This document shows positions 53,799 through 63,645 of a stretch of DNA of 64,000 bases, piece by piece (the first letter of the stretch is position 1; the number at the start of each line of letters is the position of its first letter). The notes beneath the pieces are model-generated. The model did no database searches, was not told the DNA's origin, and worked only from the letters and a program-made list of their open reading frames with translations. Both the position numbers and the translations under genes were made by a program. The DNA comes from Candidatus Entotheonellaceae bacterium (lineage in GTDB: Bacteria > Tectomicrobia > Entotheonellia > Entotheonellales > Entotheonellaceae), in assembly GCA_965238075.1 (NCBI GenBank), contig OZ250173.1, positions 320,001 to 384,000 on the forward strand, written 5' to 3'.

Positions 53799-55056
53799 CT
53801 AGTGTCCTGGTCTTGAAGTTCAAGTTGAGTGTCCTGGTCTTGAATTATGAGTACAGATTAAGAACCTGCGCGATTGCCACACATTTCGGAAGCCGGAAGC
53901 GGAGGCAACAGAGCAGAGCCTTCGAGTCGCCATACGATCTCCGGAGGCAACACATGAGCAGAGCCGCTTGTCGGCGACCGAACGGCGGGAACTCGAAAGC
54001 CTGGCACGGCGGCGCAAAACCGCCCAGGGTCTGGCACGGCGGGCGCGTATCATCTTGGCGGCCGCACAGGGACTCGAAAACAAGGCCATTGTGGAGCGCT
54101 TCGGCGCCGACGCCAACACAGTCGGCAAGTGGCGCCGACGTTTCGCCGCACAAAGGCTCGACGGCCTCTACGATGAGCCCCGGCCCGGAACGCCGAGACG
54201 CATCGGCGATGACGACATCACCGAGGCGGTTCGCCGCACCCTGGAAGAAACCCCGTCCGACGCCACCCACTGGAGCCTGCGTTCCATGGCCCGCGCCGTG
54301 GGCCATGCCCCCTCGACCATCCACCGCATCTGGCGCGCCTTCGGATTACAGCCGCAGCGCAGCGAGACCTTCAAGCTCTCCAGCGATCCTGTCGATAAAG
54401 TGCGCGATATCGTCGGCCTGTACTTGGCGCCGCCCGACCGAGCCTTGGTACTGTGCGTCGATGAAAAAAGCCAGATCCAGGCTCTGGAGCGCACCCAGCC
54501 GATCGTGCCCATGCGACCGGGCCAAGCGGAGCGGCGGAGCCACGACTACAAACGTCACGGCACGACGACGTTGTTCGCAGCCCTCGACGTCGCCACCGCT
54601 TCGGTCATCGGGCAGTGCCTGCCGCGTCACCGATCACAGGAATTCCTGACCTTCCTTGGCATGATCGAGGGCAACGTTCCCAGCGACCTCGACTTGCACT
54701 TGGTGATGGACAACTATGCAACTCACAAGACTGAGGCGGTGCAGCGTTTCTTTGCCCGCCATCCGCGCTGGCACGTCCACTTTACGCCGACCGGGGCCTC
54801 ATGGTTGAATCAGGTGGAGCGTTTCTTTGCCCTGTTGACCGAAAAACAACTTCGGCGTGGCGTGCATCGCAGCACCGAGGAACTCGAAGCGGCTATCGAG
54901 CACTACATCGCCACCGTCAATGCGGAGCCCAGGCCGTTTCGCTGGACCCAATCGGCTAACGACATTGTCGCTACGATCAAGCGTTTCTGCCTGCGAACCT
55001 TGGAGACCGCTGACCGTCAGAACATAATCAATAAAACTTCGGAATCGGAACACTAG
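53799..55056 (+). mobile_element. IS630-family insertion sequence
   Basis: Imperfect ends CTAGTGTCCTGGTCTTGAAGTT / AACTTCGGAATCGGAACACTAG (16/22). Confidence 0.8.
53968..55056 (+). CDS. IS630-family transposase (start uncertain, possibly 5'-damaged)
   Basis: [36 protein letters not shown]. Confidence 0.9.
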   Translation: MSATERRELESLARRRKTAQGLARRARIILAAAQGLENKAIVERFGADANTVGKWRRRFAAQRLDGLYDEPRPGTPRRIGDDDITEAVRRTLEETPSDATHWSLRSMARAVGHAPSTIHRIWRAFGLQPQRSETFKLSSDPVDKVRDIVGLYLAPPDRALVLCVDEKSQIQALERTQPIVPMRPGQAERRSHDYKRHGTTTLFAALDVATASVIGQCLPRHRSQEFLTFLGMIEGNVPSDLDLHLVMDNYATHKTEAVQRFFARHPRWHVHFTPTGASWLNQVERFFALLTEKQLRRGVHRSTEELEAAIEHYIATVNAEPRPFRWTQSANDIVATIKRFCLRTLETADRQNIINKTSESEH

Positions 55057-55305
55057 CAAGTTAATATAGATCAGGATCCTTAGCGTCATTCTGGGTACAA
55101 ACCTTGCGATGACGCCACTTAGCCAGTGGCTGGTTACTACGTCCATGAGTTGTTCGGGAAGTGGAATCCGGCCAGGAAGCGGACACCGGAGACTTGGGGT
55201 CTTGTAGAAGAACAAAGATCGGGTGTGATATGAAGACATTGGCAAAAGCGGTTACAGTCTGGACGACGGCCGAGATATCGGGAATTTATCTGTAAAGGAG
55301 ATCTC

Positions 55306-56349
55306 ATGGGTTTTCCGGAGTCGTTGTTGAATGCCGGTAACGTGGCGCTTTTTGTTGTCATCATCATTGGACTCATGACGCTCAAGCGGGTGGTGTACAT
55401 CGTTCCGCAATCGAAGAACTATGTTATTGAGCGTTTCGGCCGATTTCAACAGGTACTCAAGCCCGGGTTGAACGTCATTGTGCCGTTTGTTGACCGCGTG
55501 GCGTACCGTATTTCGGTGCTCGAGCGCCAGACCGACCCGTCGAGCGTCAGTGTGTTTTCGAGCGATAATGTGGAGGTTGATATTGTCACGGTCGTTTACT
55601 GGCGGGTAATCGATCCGGAACTGTCGGTTTATCGTATCGAGGACATCAACGCGGCGATCATGGTTGCTACCGGGTCGATCGTTCGCAACATCGGCGCAGG
55701 GTTGGAGCTCGACAATTTGCAAGGCAGTCGGGAAGAAATCAATTTCAAGATTCTCGCGTCGCTAGGCGAAACAGCGGAAGCGTGGGGTATTTCGATCACG
55801 CGGACGGAGATTGTAGACATTGTTCTAGACGAGAAAACCAAGCAAGCTCAGCGCCAGCAGGTGGAAGCCGAGCGTGCGAGGCGTGCTCAGGTGACCGGCG
55901 CTGAAGGGAGTGCTGCCGCCGTAAAATTGCAGGCTGACTCGGTCCTTTACCGGTCGAACCAGGAATCGGAGGCGGCGGTCGTGGCCGCACAAGCGCGGGC
56001 CAAGGAAATCGGTCTGGTTTCCGAGGCGCGGGCAAAGGAAATCGAGGTTGTAGCCGCTGCGCAGGCGAAAGAGTTTGAGCTCGTTGGTTCGGCGATACGA
56101 AACTATGGCGAGGTGGCGGCGCTTTTCGAACTGGGCAAGCGTCAGGTAAGTGCGATGGAGCAGTTGGCAGCGAGCCGTGGTGCCAAGGTCTTGGTGTTGC
56201 CGACGGACGTGACCAAGATGCTGGGAAGCCTGACTGCGGTGGTTGAGGGCTTAGGCTTTGGCGCTTTTGTCGGTGCTCAGGGAACGCTGATAGCGGAAGG
56301 AGATGTTGCTGAGGTTTCGGAGACAGGAGGTAAGGAAGGAGGAGCATGA
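55306..56349 (+). CDS. SPFH/band 7 (stomatin/QmcA-like) protein
   Basis: N-terminal TM, IVPQ, IERFG, PGL, WGISITRTEI, AERARRA. Confidence 0.92.
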   Translation: MGFPESLLNAGNVALFVVIIIGLMTLKRVVYIVPQSKNYVIERFGRFQQVLKPGLNVIVPFVDRVAYRISVLERQTDPSSVSVFSSDNVEVDIVTVVYWRVIDPELSVYRIEDINAAIMVATGSIVRNIGAGLELDNLQGSREEINFKILASLGETAEAWGISITRTEIVDIVLDEKTKQAQRQQVEAERARRAQVTGAEGSAAAVKLQADSVLYRSNQESEAAVVAAQARAKEIGLVSEARAKEIEVVAAAQAKEFELVGSAIRNYGEVAALFELGKRQVSAMEQLAASRGAKVLVLPTDVTKMLGSLTAVVEGLGFGAFVGAQGTLIAEGDVAEVSETGGKEGGA

Positions 56350-56756
56350 TGAGCCAGGAATTGGTTCAGGACTGGCTGCTGAACCCGCTTTTATGGGTGG
56401 CGGTGGCGGTCGTGGTCTTGACGCTTGAGCTTTTCGTCATCAGCGGCTTCAGCTTGGCCATTGGCCTTGCGGGAATTGTTGTGGGCGTTGTCATGACCTG
56501 GTTTGTGCCGTCTCTCGAGGGCGGTTCGATGGATGCGGCAGGAAGAATGGTTCTGGTCGGTGCTGCGGTCTGGAGCCTTTTTTCGCTGGTGATGATCATG
56601 GTCTTGAAACTTTGGTTCCTGAAGTCGAAAGGAATTGAGGACCCGAATGAGTACGACCGCGGCGTAGGGGTCGAAACCGGCGATCGGAAGACGGCGGCGG
56701 TCGAGGTCCCGGGTTACGAGGATGTGCTCAAGGACTACAAACCGCGTATTGAATGA
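56346..56756 (+). CDS. NfeD/YbbJ-like membrane partner of SPFH
   Basis: W...L...E hydrophobic N-terminus; ATGA overlap with the SPFH gene. Confidence 0.6.
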   Translation: MMSQELVQDWLLNPLLWVAVAVVVLTLELFVISGFSLAIGLAGIVVGVVMTWFVPSLEGGSMDAAGRMVLVGAAVWSLFSLVMIMVLKLWFLKSKGIEDPNEYDRGVGVETGDRKTAAVEVPGYEDVLKDYKPRIE

Positions 56757-56776
56757 GAACGTTTGACATTGAATCT

Positions 56777-57638
56777 GGCCCAGTAACAACATAGCTGTCA
56801 TAGAGTGCCAAATTGACGGTGCTCGCCGCAGAGCACTCTGACTCACCCTTTGACTCATGTCTCCCACAGTCCCTCGAATCGAACGCCAGCGACACGCGTA
56901 TAGTGAACCGTGTGTTTGGGGTCTCGATGCCCAAGATGGTCCTGGATCAGCCTCAGGTCATAGCCTTGATTGGCCAGATAAAACCCACAGGAATGCCGCA
57001 GCATGTGGGGATTAGGCGCACCGAGTCCGGCACGCCGGGCAGCGCGCCGATGAGGTAGTTGACCGATTGTCGGGTCATCGGCTGCCCGCGCTCAGACAGA
57101 AACAGCCACGGCAACGCGTCGTGGCGCGTGTGCAGGTAGCGCTTGATCGCCCGCAGTTCATCGCCGGCGATCGGATGTTCCACAGACAGGCCACTTTTGA
57201 GGCGCCGAATCCACACCCAGGCGCGTTTGAGGTTCAGGTCCTGGCGCCGCATGCGGACGGCTTCGCTGACGCGCAAGCCGTGGCGATACATCATGAGCAA
57301 CAGCAGAAAATCCCGGACGCCATGGCGGTCTTTCCTGGCCGCTTCAAGGAGGGCATCCATTTCGGCATCGCTTAGGAAGTTGCGGGCGCGTTCATGCCCG
57401 TCCGTCAGCCAGACATCCTCACTTTTTACATTTCGCCTTCTGGGCACGACGTCTCACCCCCTCTCGAAGCCGCGCGGTGACTCGCCCTGTTACCCGGCAC
57501 TCTTGACAAAAGGCGTGTTAGGTAAAGAGAGTCAGGCAGCCACCTGTCTTTCAATTGACAAGCGCTCACGCATGTCCAGCTCAAAGATGCCGTAGCCCGA
57601 AGTCTGGCACCTTATGACCGCTATGTTGTTACTGGGCC
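56777..57638. mobile_element. 862-bp TIR-bounded, transposase-less cassette
   Basis: 34-bp TIRs GGCCCAGTAACAACATAGC..., 31/34 identical, at 56777-56810 and 57605-57638. Confidence 0.8.
56855..57447 (-). pseudogene. FimB/FimE-like tyrosine recombinase, single frameshift near 57043
   Basis: RHGLRVSE in the first frame; [25 protein letters not shown] in the second. Confidence 0.88.
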
Positions 57639-57688
57639 GAAAAGGTGGGTCGTGAGAGCGTACCGCAGCGTGTCGCGACAAAGAGTTG

Positions 57689-57840
57689 GATACTGTTGGC
57701 GAACCCCAATTGAATCGCCAAGTGGCCAAGTTTGGACAATGGCCGCGAGCCCCGACATGGGCCTCACCATTGGCATTGCTGGCTCCCTCCTGTACGACAA
57801 GGGGGGCAAATGACAGTAAGCAGGGTTTGCCAACAGTATC
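57689..57840. mobile_element. 152-bp MITE
   Basis: 18-bp TIRs GATACTGTTGGC(G/A)AACCC (17/18); 6-bp duplication GAGTTG on both sides. Confidence 0.85.
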
Positions 57841-57957
57841 GAGTTGTTTGTCGTGAATGATTCCTGCCATCCAGACCCGGTCGAGAGAGCTGCGAGGGTA
57901 GGGAAAGAGGGCTCGGGTGCGTGGAGTGTCTTTTCGCCCTTTTCCGCAACCGACCCC

Positions 57958-58070
57958 TTTAAGCGCGCCAGGATGTCACGCACGGTATCGCGGGGGTCGG
58001 CATGAATACGTCCCTTGTCGCCGCGCTCGAAAAATCGCTTGAGCCGGTTGCTCCCGAAGTTGTGTATCAT
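57958..58070 (-). pseudogene. HigB/RelE-family toxin, 3'-truncated by the Tn3 IR
   Basis: MIHNFGSNRLKRFFERGD...ILARL resembles the HigB N-terminus and runs directly into the IR. Confidence 0.7.
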
Positions 58071-58096
58071 GCCTGATCGTAATATGTATTGTTACG

Positions 58097-59000
58097 CTAG
58101 ACAACCTGAATGACCGGATGACATGTGGGATATTTCTGAGCAGGAAGAACGTCAGGTACCAGAGCATCTGGTTCGCGTTTACCAGCAATAAGCGGGGTCC
58201 ACGGCACTGCCTCCGCGATTCGCGTTCGGATCGCATTGCCCCATAAATCTGCTGCGTCGCTCTTGTCAGGAAGATCGGTCACCTGAACCAGCTTGACCTC
58301 GAAACCCATGCTTGCCAATGCCGTACCAATCCGATCCATATGCTTCAAACCATCGGAGTCGTGATCGGGCCATAGGGTGACGGTATCCAACCCTTCTAAG
58401 GCGCGCCTCAGTGCTCTGGACGTAGGTCTGGTTGCCGCTCCGCAGACAGTACCCAGGGCACGAACAGACGGGAGTGCACCTGCTGCGGCCTCCGTCGCTT
58501 TTTCACCCTCGGTAATGACCGCGTGGGTGCTGTCTTTGTTGCCGGAGAAATAAAGAAAGTCGACAGCCTTGCATCCAGAGGGTAGTCCCTTGGCAGTGCG
58601 GCCGTTGGCGTCTCTGTACTGCCAAAATATCCGTTTAGGGCCTTGACGATAATCAAGGCGCACGTGCTGCGCCTCAATCCCATCCAGAGTGCGGCAAACC
58701 CAAACAGTCTTGGACGATGCAGGACCTGTTATAGGTGGGGGGCGCGAAGGAGAAGAGCCTGGGCAGATATTCTCTTCAAAAGCCCGCATGATTTGTTCAA
58801 AGGTGCAACCCTCCGAAAAACACTTTACTACCGGTCTATCGTCATCCCCGCGGCGGACAGACAAGTTTTTCTTTGTGCCGTTGTGAGCCGGACAAGGGAT
58901 GGAAAATTTATCACCGGATTTACCATAATGCGATGCGATCTGCGTGAAGTTGAGCCCGCCTTTGTATTGCCGTATCCCCGCCTTTGTATTGCCGTATCAT
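58097..59000 (-). pseudogene. Phage-type primase (Zn finger plus Toprim), frameshifted by a 22-bp duplication
   Basis: RBS GAGGAG before ATG 59000; CPAH...KCFSEGC; ITEGEK; WPDHD...G; KSDAAD. Confidence 0.8.
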
Positions 59001-59432
59001 TGTGCTATCTCCTCGCGCACAGCCGGGCGAGGGCGGCGCGGTGGATGTTGGGTCGACGCCCTGGCCGTCATGGTCGGCCAGGGCGTTTCTGCGTCTGTTC
59101 CGTCTGTTCTGGAAATGGGGAATGTCAGTCCGGTCCAAACTCGACTTAAATCATGTCGGACTCGGGGCTTCCCTTCTTTATATCAAGGCGGACGTTTTCT
59201 GCGGACAATGGCCAGGATGCGCCGTTGGTTCTTCCACGACAGACTGAGCCAGGCGCTGGCAGATGCGGGCAGAGGGGGGGCGTTTTGAGGCACCCCTCCG
59301 GCACTCCGATTGCGAAATGGGTGTCGATCGGGTGGTCAGCGGATGGTGTGTGGATGCAGAGGGATACTTCTGGACAGCAAGTAACGGCGCAGAATAGCGC
59401 CGTTTTATGCGGAAATGATGGAAGAGGAAAAA

Positions 59433-59792
59433 TGGAGGCGGCGGGAATCGAACCCGCGTCCGAAAGCCTTCGGTTACAGTGTCTACATGCTTAGCATGGG
59501 GAAGATGATTTCGCCTCTCCCCGACCTCCCCAGCCGGGCAAGGAAGACGCTAGCCTGGATTAATTTCGCACCGTGCTCTCCCCAGGCAGGGGGAGCAGGG
59601 GCTATCCCACATCGTGACGCCTGATCCTGACACCGTGGGCAAGTGACAGGGAGACGCTGGCCGGGATTAAGCGGCCAGGGCTACCTCATAATCGTTGGCG
59701 ATTATGTTTTGTTCCGCTTTTTTACGAGGCCAGCGGAGTCCTCGGCATGCAACCGTAACGTCATGAACTCCCGTCGAAATCCTTTCGCCCCC
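59433..59792 (-). ncRNA. ssrA: tmRNA; tag peptide ANDYEVALAA
   Basis: 5' GGGGGCGAAAGGATTTCGAC, 3' GGGTTCGATTCCCGCCGCCTCCA; tag ORF 59699-59667; directly downstream of smpB. Confidence 0.96.
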
Positions 59793-59800
59793 GTTGGTGG

Positions 59801-60262
59801 TTACTCACCGGCCAGCGCCCGCGCGATGTCGCGCTGCGCGTCGCGGCGTTTCATGTCCTGCCGCTTGTCGTACTGCCGCTTACCCTTGGCGAGGCCCAGT
59901 TCGACCTTGGCTTTGCCGCGGCTGAAATACATACGGGTCGGAATCAGCGTCAGCCCTCGTTCCCGCGCCTTGCCGGCGAGACGGTGAATCTCGCGCTTGT
60001 GCAGGAGGAGCTTGCGGGGCCGTTCCGGCTCGTGGTTGAAGCGGTTGGCCTGTTCGTACTGATTGATGTGCGCATGCAGCAAAAACATCTCACCGTCACG
60101 AGCCTCGGCGTAGGCATCCTTCAAAGTCGCCCGGCCGGCCCGCAGGGATTTGACTTCCGTCCCCTGCAAAACGAGGCCCGCCTCGAATACCTCGTCGATG
60201 GCGTAGTCGAAGCGCGCCCGCCTGTTGACGCAGATGATTTTCTTTCCACCCTTGTCTGCCAT
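59801..60262 (-). CDS. smpB: SsrA-binding protein
   Basis: NRRARFDY, GTEVKSLR, RKLLLHKRE, GKRQYDKR. Confidence 0.97.
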   Translation of the reverse strand: MADKGGKKIICVNRRARFDYAIDEVFEAGLVLQGTEVKSLRAGRATLKDAYAEARDGEMFLLHAHINQYEQANRFNHEPERPRKLLLHKREIHRLAGKARERGLTLIPTRMYFSRGKAKVELGLAKGKRQYDKRQDMKRRDAQRDIARALAGE

Positions 60263-60294
60263 GCGTCCGACCCTTCTCCTGAGATAAGGCAGCT

Positions 60295-60323
60295 ACTATA
60301 TCCCGCCGACCCGGTCTTGGCAA
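60295..60323 (-). promoter_or_regulatory. Putative sigma70 promoter for smpB-ssrA
   Basis: TTGCCA-17bp-TATAGT on the minus strand. Confidence 0.5.
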
Positions 60324-60447
60324 CCCAACGGCCTCGGTCGTACGGTTTACAAGTGTGTTACTCAGAATTGATAATGGACGAATCCAGCCAGAACCCCTGG
60401 CCAAGATACCCACTTGCAGGACCCCTGCAGAGGAAGGAACGGCTCAC

Positions 60448-61245
60448 ATGATCATGACCAACACGCTGCGCGAAAAGTTGAACGCCGGCAAACCCACCAT
60501 CGGCACGCATTACCTGTCGTCCGATCCCGACCTGCCCGAAATCATCGGCGACACCGGCCTGTACGACTACGGCGAATTCTGCGCCGAGTACAGCGCCTTC
60601 GACATGCAACTGCTCTACCACATGGCGCGCGCCGGCCAGTGCGGCAACCTGCCCCTGATGATCAAGCCGGATCAACGCAGCCAGGCCTTCTGGGCCCAGG
60701 CCGCCATCGGGGCGGGGTTCAAATCGGTGCTGTTTACGGACGTCCGCACCGTGGAGGACGTGCAGCTTTGCCACCAGGCAATCCGCGCCGACATGCCGGA
60801 CATTGGCGGGCACATGGGCGTCAAGCTGCGCCGCCCGGCGCTGACGAGCTACAACCCCACCGGGTACCTGGATGATCTGCAATCGGTCGTGTTTCTGATC
60901 ATGATCGAGAAGGACGTTGCGGTTGACCAACTGGACGCAATTCTTGAGACGGCTAAAGGCAAGGGCGTTGACATGAACCAGTGGGGGCCGGCGGACTTCG
61001 GCTTCTCGCGGGGCAACCCCAGCCTCATGTTCACGCCGGAGATCCGGCCCTTTGAAGAGATGGTCATCAAGAAGTCCATTGAATACGGTGTGCCGCCGCG
61101 CATGGAGATATCCGACGTGGAGCAGGCCAAGCGGTACGTGCAGTTGGGGGTGCGCCACTTCTGCATCGGCTGGGACCGCTTCATCTATCAGGCGGCGCTG
61201 ATGAATCTGGGCGAGGGACTGCGTAAGGTCATCGATACGCTCTAA
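60448..61245 (+). CDS. HpcH/HpaI aldolase family protein
   Basis: NTLREKL...G, AEY, IMIEK, WGPADF. Confidence 0.82.
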   Translation: MIMTNTLREKLNAGKPTIGTHYLSSDPDLPEIIGDTGLYDYGEFCAEYSAFDMQLLYHMARAGQCGNLPLMIKPDQRSQAFWAQAAIGAGFKSVLFTDVRTVEDVQLCHQAIRADMPDIGGHMGVKLRRPALTSYNPTGYLDDLQSVVFLIMIEKDVAVDQLDAILETAKGKGVDMNQWGPADFGFSRGNPSLMFTPEIRPFEEMVIKKSIEYGVPPRMEISDVEQAKRYVQLGVRHFCIGWDRFIYQAALMNLGEGLRKVIDTL

Positions 61246-62120
61246 CCGCGGAATTTAGGTTCCGGTAGGCCGCGCACGCCAGGTTCGCAGGCGAAGAGGC
61301 TGCCGGCCTGCGGCTGGCCCGGCTGCAGGGGCGTGCTGCCGCCGGAACCAATGGTGGTGATGTACATGACCTCCAGATTGTCGCCCCCGAAGGCAGGCAT
61401 GGTCGGCTTCTGCACCGGCAGCTTCACCGTGCGGTCCACGCTGCCGTCCGGCGCAAATCGCACCATCTGCCAGCCGTCCACATTTGCCGACCAGTAGAAG
61501 CCATCGGCGTCCACACAGCCGCCGTCGGGACGGCCCGGCAGATCGTGCGTGGTGGCGAACACCCGGCGGTTGCTAAGGGTTCCGTCTTCAGCCTGGAAAT
61601 CAAACGCCCAGATGGTCTCCTGCCTGGTATCGGCGTAATACATCGTGCCGCCGTCGGGACTGAAGGCCAGGCCATTGCTGACGCCGATGTCAGGCACCAT
61701 GGTGCGCCAGCTCAGATCCGTGTCGAGGCAATACAGCGCACCGCTGCGCTGCGCCGGGTCCTGGGGGTCGCGCATGGTGCCGACCCAAAATCGCCCGCCC
61801 GGTCCGCAGCGGCCGTCGTTGAACCGATTGTCCGGCTTGTCTGCCTCCGGGTCGACGATTGCGGTGAGTGCCGCGGTGTCGAAATCGAGGAAGTGGAAGC
61901 CTGAGCGCAGTGCCGCCACCAAGCCGCCCCGCTCGCGCAGCACGAAGGAGCCAACCTGCTCGGGCAATTGGCAGACCTCGTTGTCGCCGGTCGCCGGATC
62001 GAACCGATTGACCGTGTGCCCGTTAATGTTCACCCAATACAACCGTCGCTCTTCGCTGCTCCACACCGGGCATTCGCCCAACTCGGCCCGTACGTCCAGC
62101 ACACAACTGACATCCGTCAT
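61242..62120 (-). CDS. SMP-30/gluconolactonase family protein
   Basis: LGECPVW, RFNDG, SNGLAFSPDG, PDGGCVD, AFGG. Confidence 0.92.
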   Translation of the reverse strand: MTDVSCVLDVRAELGECPVWSSEERRLYWVNINGHTVNRFDPATGDNEVCQLPEQVGSFVLRERGGLVAALRSGFHFLDFDTAALTAIVDPEADKPDNRFNDGRCGPGGRFWVGTMRDPQDPAQRSGALYCLDTDLSWRTMVPDIGVSNGLAFSPDGGTMYYADTRQETIWAFDFQAEDGTLSNRRVFATTHDLPGRPDGGCVDADGFYWSANVDGWQMVRFAPDGSVDRTVKLPVQKPTMPAFGGDNLEVMYITTIGSGGSTPLQPGQPQAGSLFACEPGVRGLPEPKFRG

Positions 62121-62298
62121 GAGGCTCCCCTCTTCTGGGTTGTTTCGATCCGCGCGTTGCGGCGCGGGGGCATTCTACTTGGCCCCGTTTCTCGGGTCAA
62201 AACGCCGGGCGGGGCATCTGTGGCCGGTATTGACAACAGTTTAGCGGGCTTATAACGTGGGGCCAATCTACACATGCCATCACTCAGGGAGACCATTC

Positions 62299-63432
62299 AT
62301 GCACAAGCTTACGCTTGGATTCCTCGCGGTATGCGCCGTGACCCTTCTTCTGGCCGTGCCTTTCCCGCAACACCCCCTGACGCCCACTGACGCGATGGCG
62401 CAGGGCGATACTACCGTCCTCAAGATTCAGGCGAGCTTTCCGCCTTCCAGTTTGTTGTTCACCAACATGCTGAAATTCGCCCGGGGGGTCGAGGAGATGT
62501 CGGGCGGGCGCGTAAAGATCGACGGGTTTCCGGCGGGGGCTATCGTTGGCGCCTTCGACGTGGCCGACGCCACGCACCGCGGCGTTCTGGACGGCGCCCA
62601 TACCTGCACGTATTACTTCATGGGCAAGCACATGGCGGCGGCCCTGTTCACCTCGGTGCCCGGCGGCCCCTTCGGGATGAGCACCATCGACTTCTGGGGC
62701 TGGGAATTCCAGGGCGGCGGTTTCGAGCTGTTGAACGAGTTTTACCAACAGATTCTCGGCATGAACATCGTCGCCTTCCCCATATTCCCGACCACGCCCC
62801 AGTCACTCGGCTGGTTCAAAAAGCCGCTGACTAGCGTTGACGACCTCAAGGGTCTCAAGTACCGGGTTCCCGGCCTGGCCTCCGAGGTATACAAGGACAT
62901 GGGGCTTTCCGTCGTCACACTACCGGGTGGCGAGGTGCTGCCCGCCGGCGAACGCGGCGTGCTGGACGCCACCGAGTGGTACACCCCGGCCGAGGACCTA
63001 CGGCAGGGATTCGACACGGTATGGAAGTTTTATCATTACCCCGGCGCACACGAGATTGCCGGCTCCTGCGACTTGCTGATCAACAAGGACGTCTGGGACA
63101 ACCTGTCGCCGGAACTGCAGGCCATTGTCAAGGCGGCGGCCTTCCAGGCGGCGTTCCAGTCGCTGCTGGAATTCAACCGCATGGACGCCGAGGCGCTGAA
63201 TACTTTTACCGACAAGCGCGGTGTAACGTTGGTCAAAACGCCCGACGACATCCTTCTGGCACACTTGAAATCGTGGGACAAGATCGCGGCGCGCGAATCC
63301 GCCAAGGACCCGTTCTTCAAGAAGGTGCTGGACTCGCAGCGGGCCTACGCCGAGCTTGTGGTTCCGGCACGGTTGTTTATGAGCCCGTATGACACGATCG
63401 CCGATTACTATTGGGGCGACAAGCAACCGTAG
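62299..63432 (+). CDS. TRAP transporter substrate-binding protein (DctP family)
   Basis: Signal peptide, MSGGRVKI, GWFKKP, DLKGLKYR, GVLDATEW. Confidence 0.9.
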   Translation: MHKLTLGFLAVCAVTLLLAVPFPQHPLTPTDAMAQGDTTVLKIQASFPPSSLLFTNMLKFARGVEEMSGGRVKIDGFPAGAIVGAFDVADATHRGVLDGAHTCTYYFMGKHMAAALFTSVPGGPFGMSTIDFWGWEFQGGGFELLNEFYQQILGMNIVAFPIFPTTPQSLGWFKKPLTSVDDLKGLKYRVPGLASEVYKDMGLSVVTLPGGEVLPAGERGVLDATEWYTPAEDLRQGFDTVWKFYHYPGAHEIAGSCDLLINKDVWDNLSPELQAIVKAAAFQAAFQSLLEFNRMDAEALNTFTDKRGVTLVKTPDDILLAHLKSWDKIAARESAKDPFFKKVLDSQRAYAELVVPARLFMSPYDTIADYYWGDKQP

Positions 63433-63645
63433 CACTCGCAGTTGCCCTGTGCTATATAAGGGAGGTCCGACCCAAGCTCCGAACCTGATCCGGGGTCCGG
63501 GGCAGGCTTTCCACCACCGGAAAAGCCCTGCACGCCGGCAGAAGCCGGAGTGACGGCGGGCAGGCGAACCTTCCGTTTTCCCTACGAGCCGCTCGCCTCT
63601 GTCGAGGCTCTGGCGTCCATCCACCAAACTACAGGAGGCACCTCC

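Larger units (their letters stand above)
48282..57957. mobile_element. Non-autonomous Tn3-family derivative (same IR family as 38749-43763) with nested cargo
   Basis: Left IR remnant GGGGTCGGTTGCGGAAAAGG at 48282; right IR at 57924-57957; res-region homology at 57640-57855. Confidence 0.75.

Noticed and set aside
57672-57857. fimS-like invertible switch driven by the FimB-like recombinase
   Set aside because: The inverted repeats resolve into MITE TIRs with a 6-bp direct duplication, inside a palindrome that is also present in the other Tn3 element.
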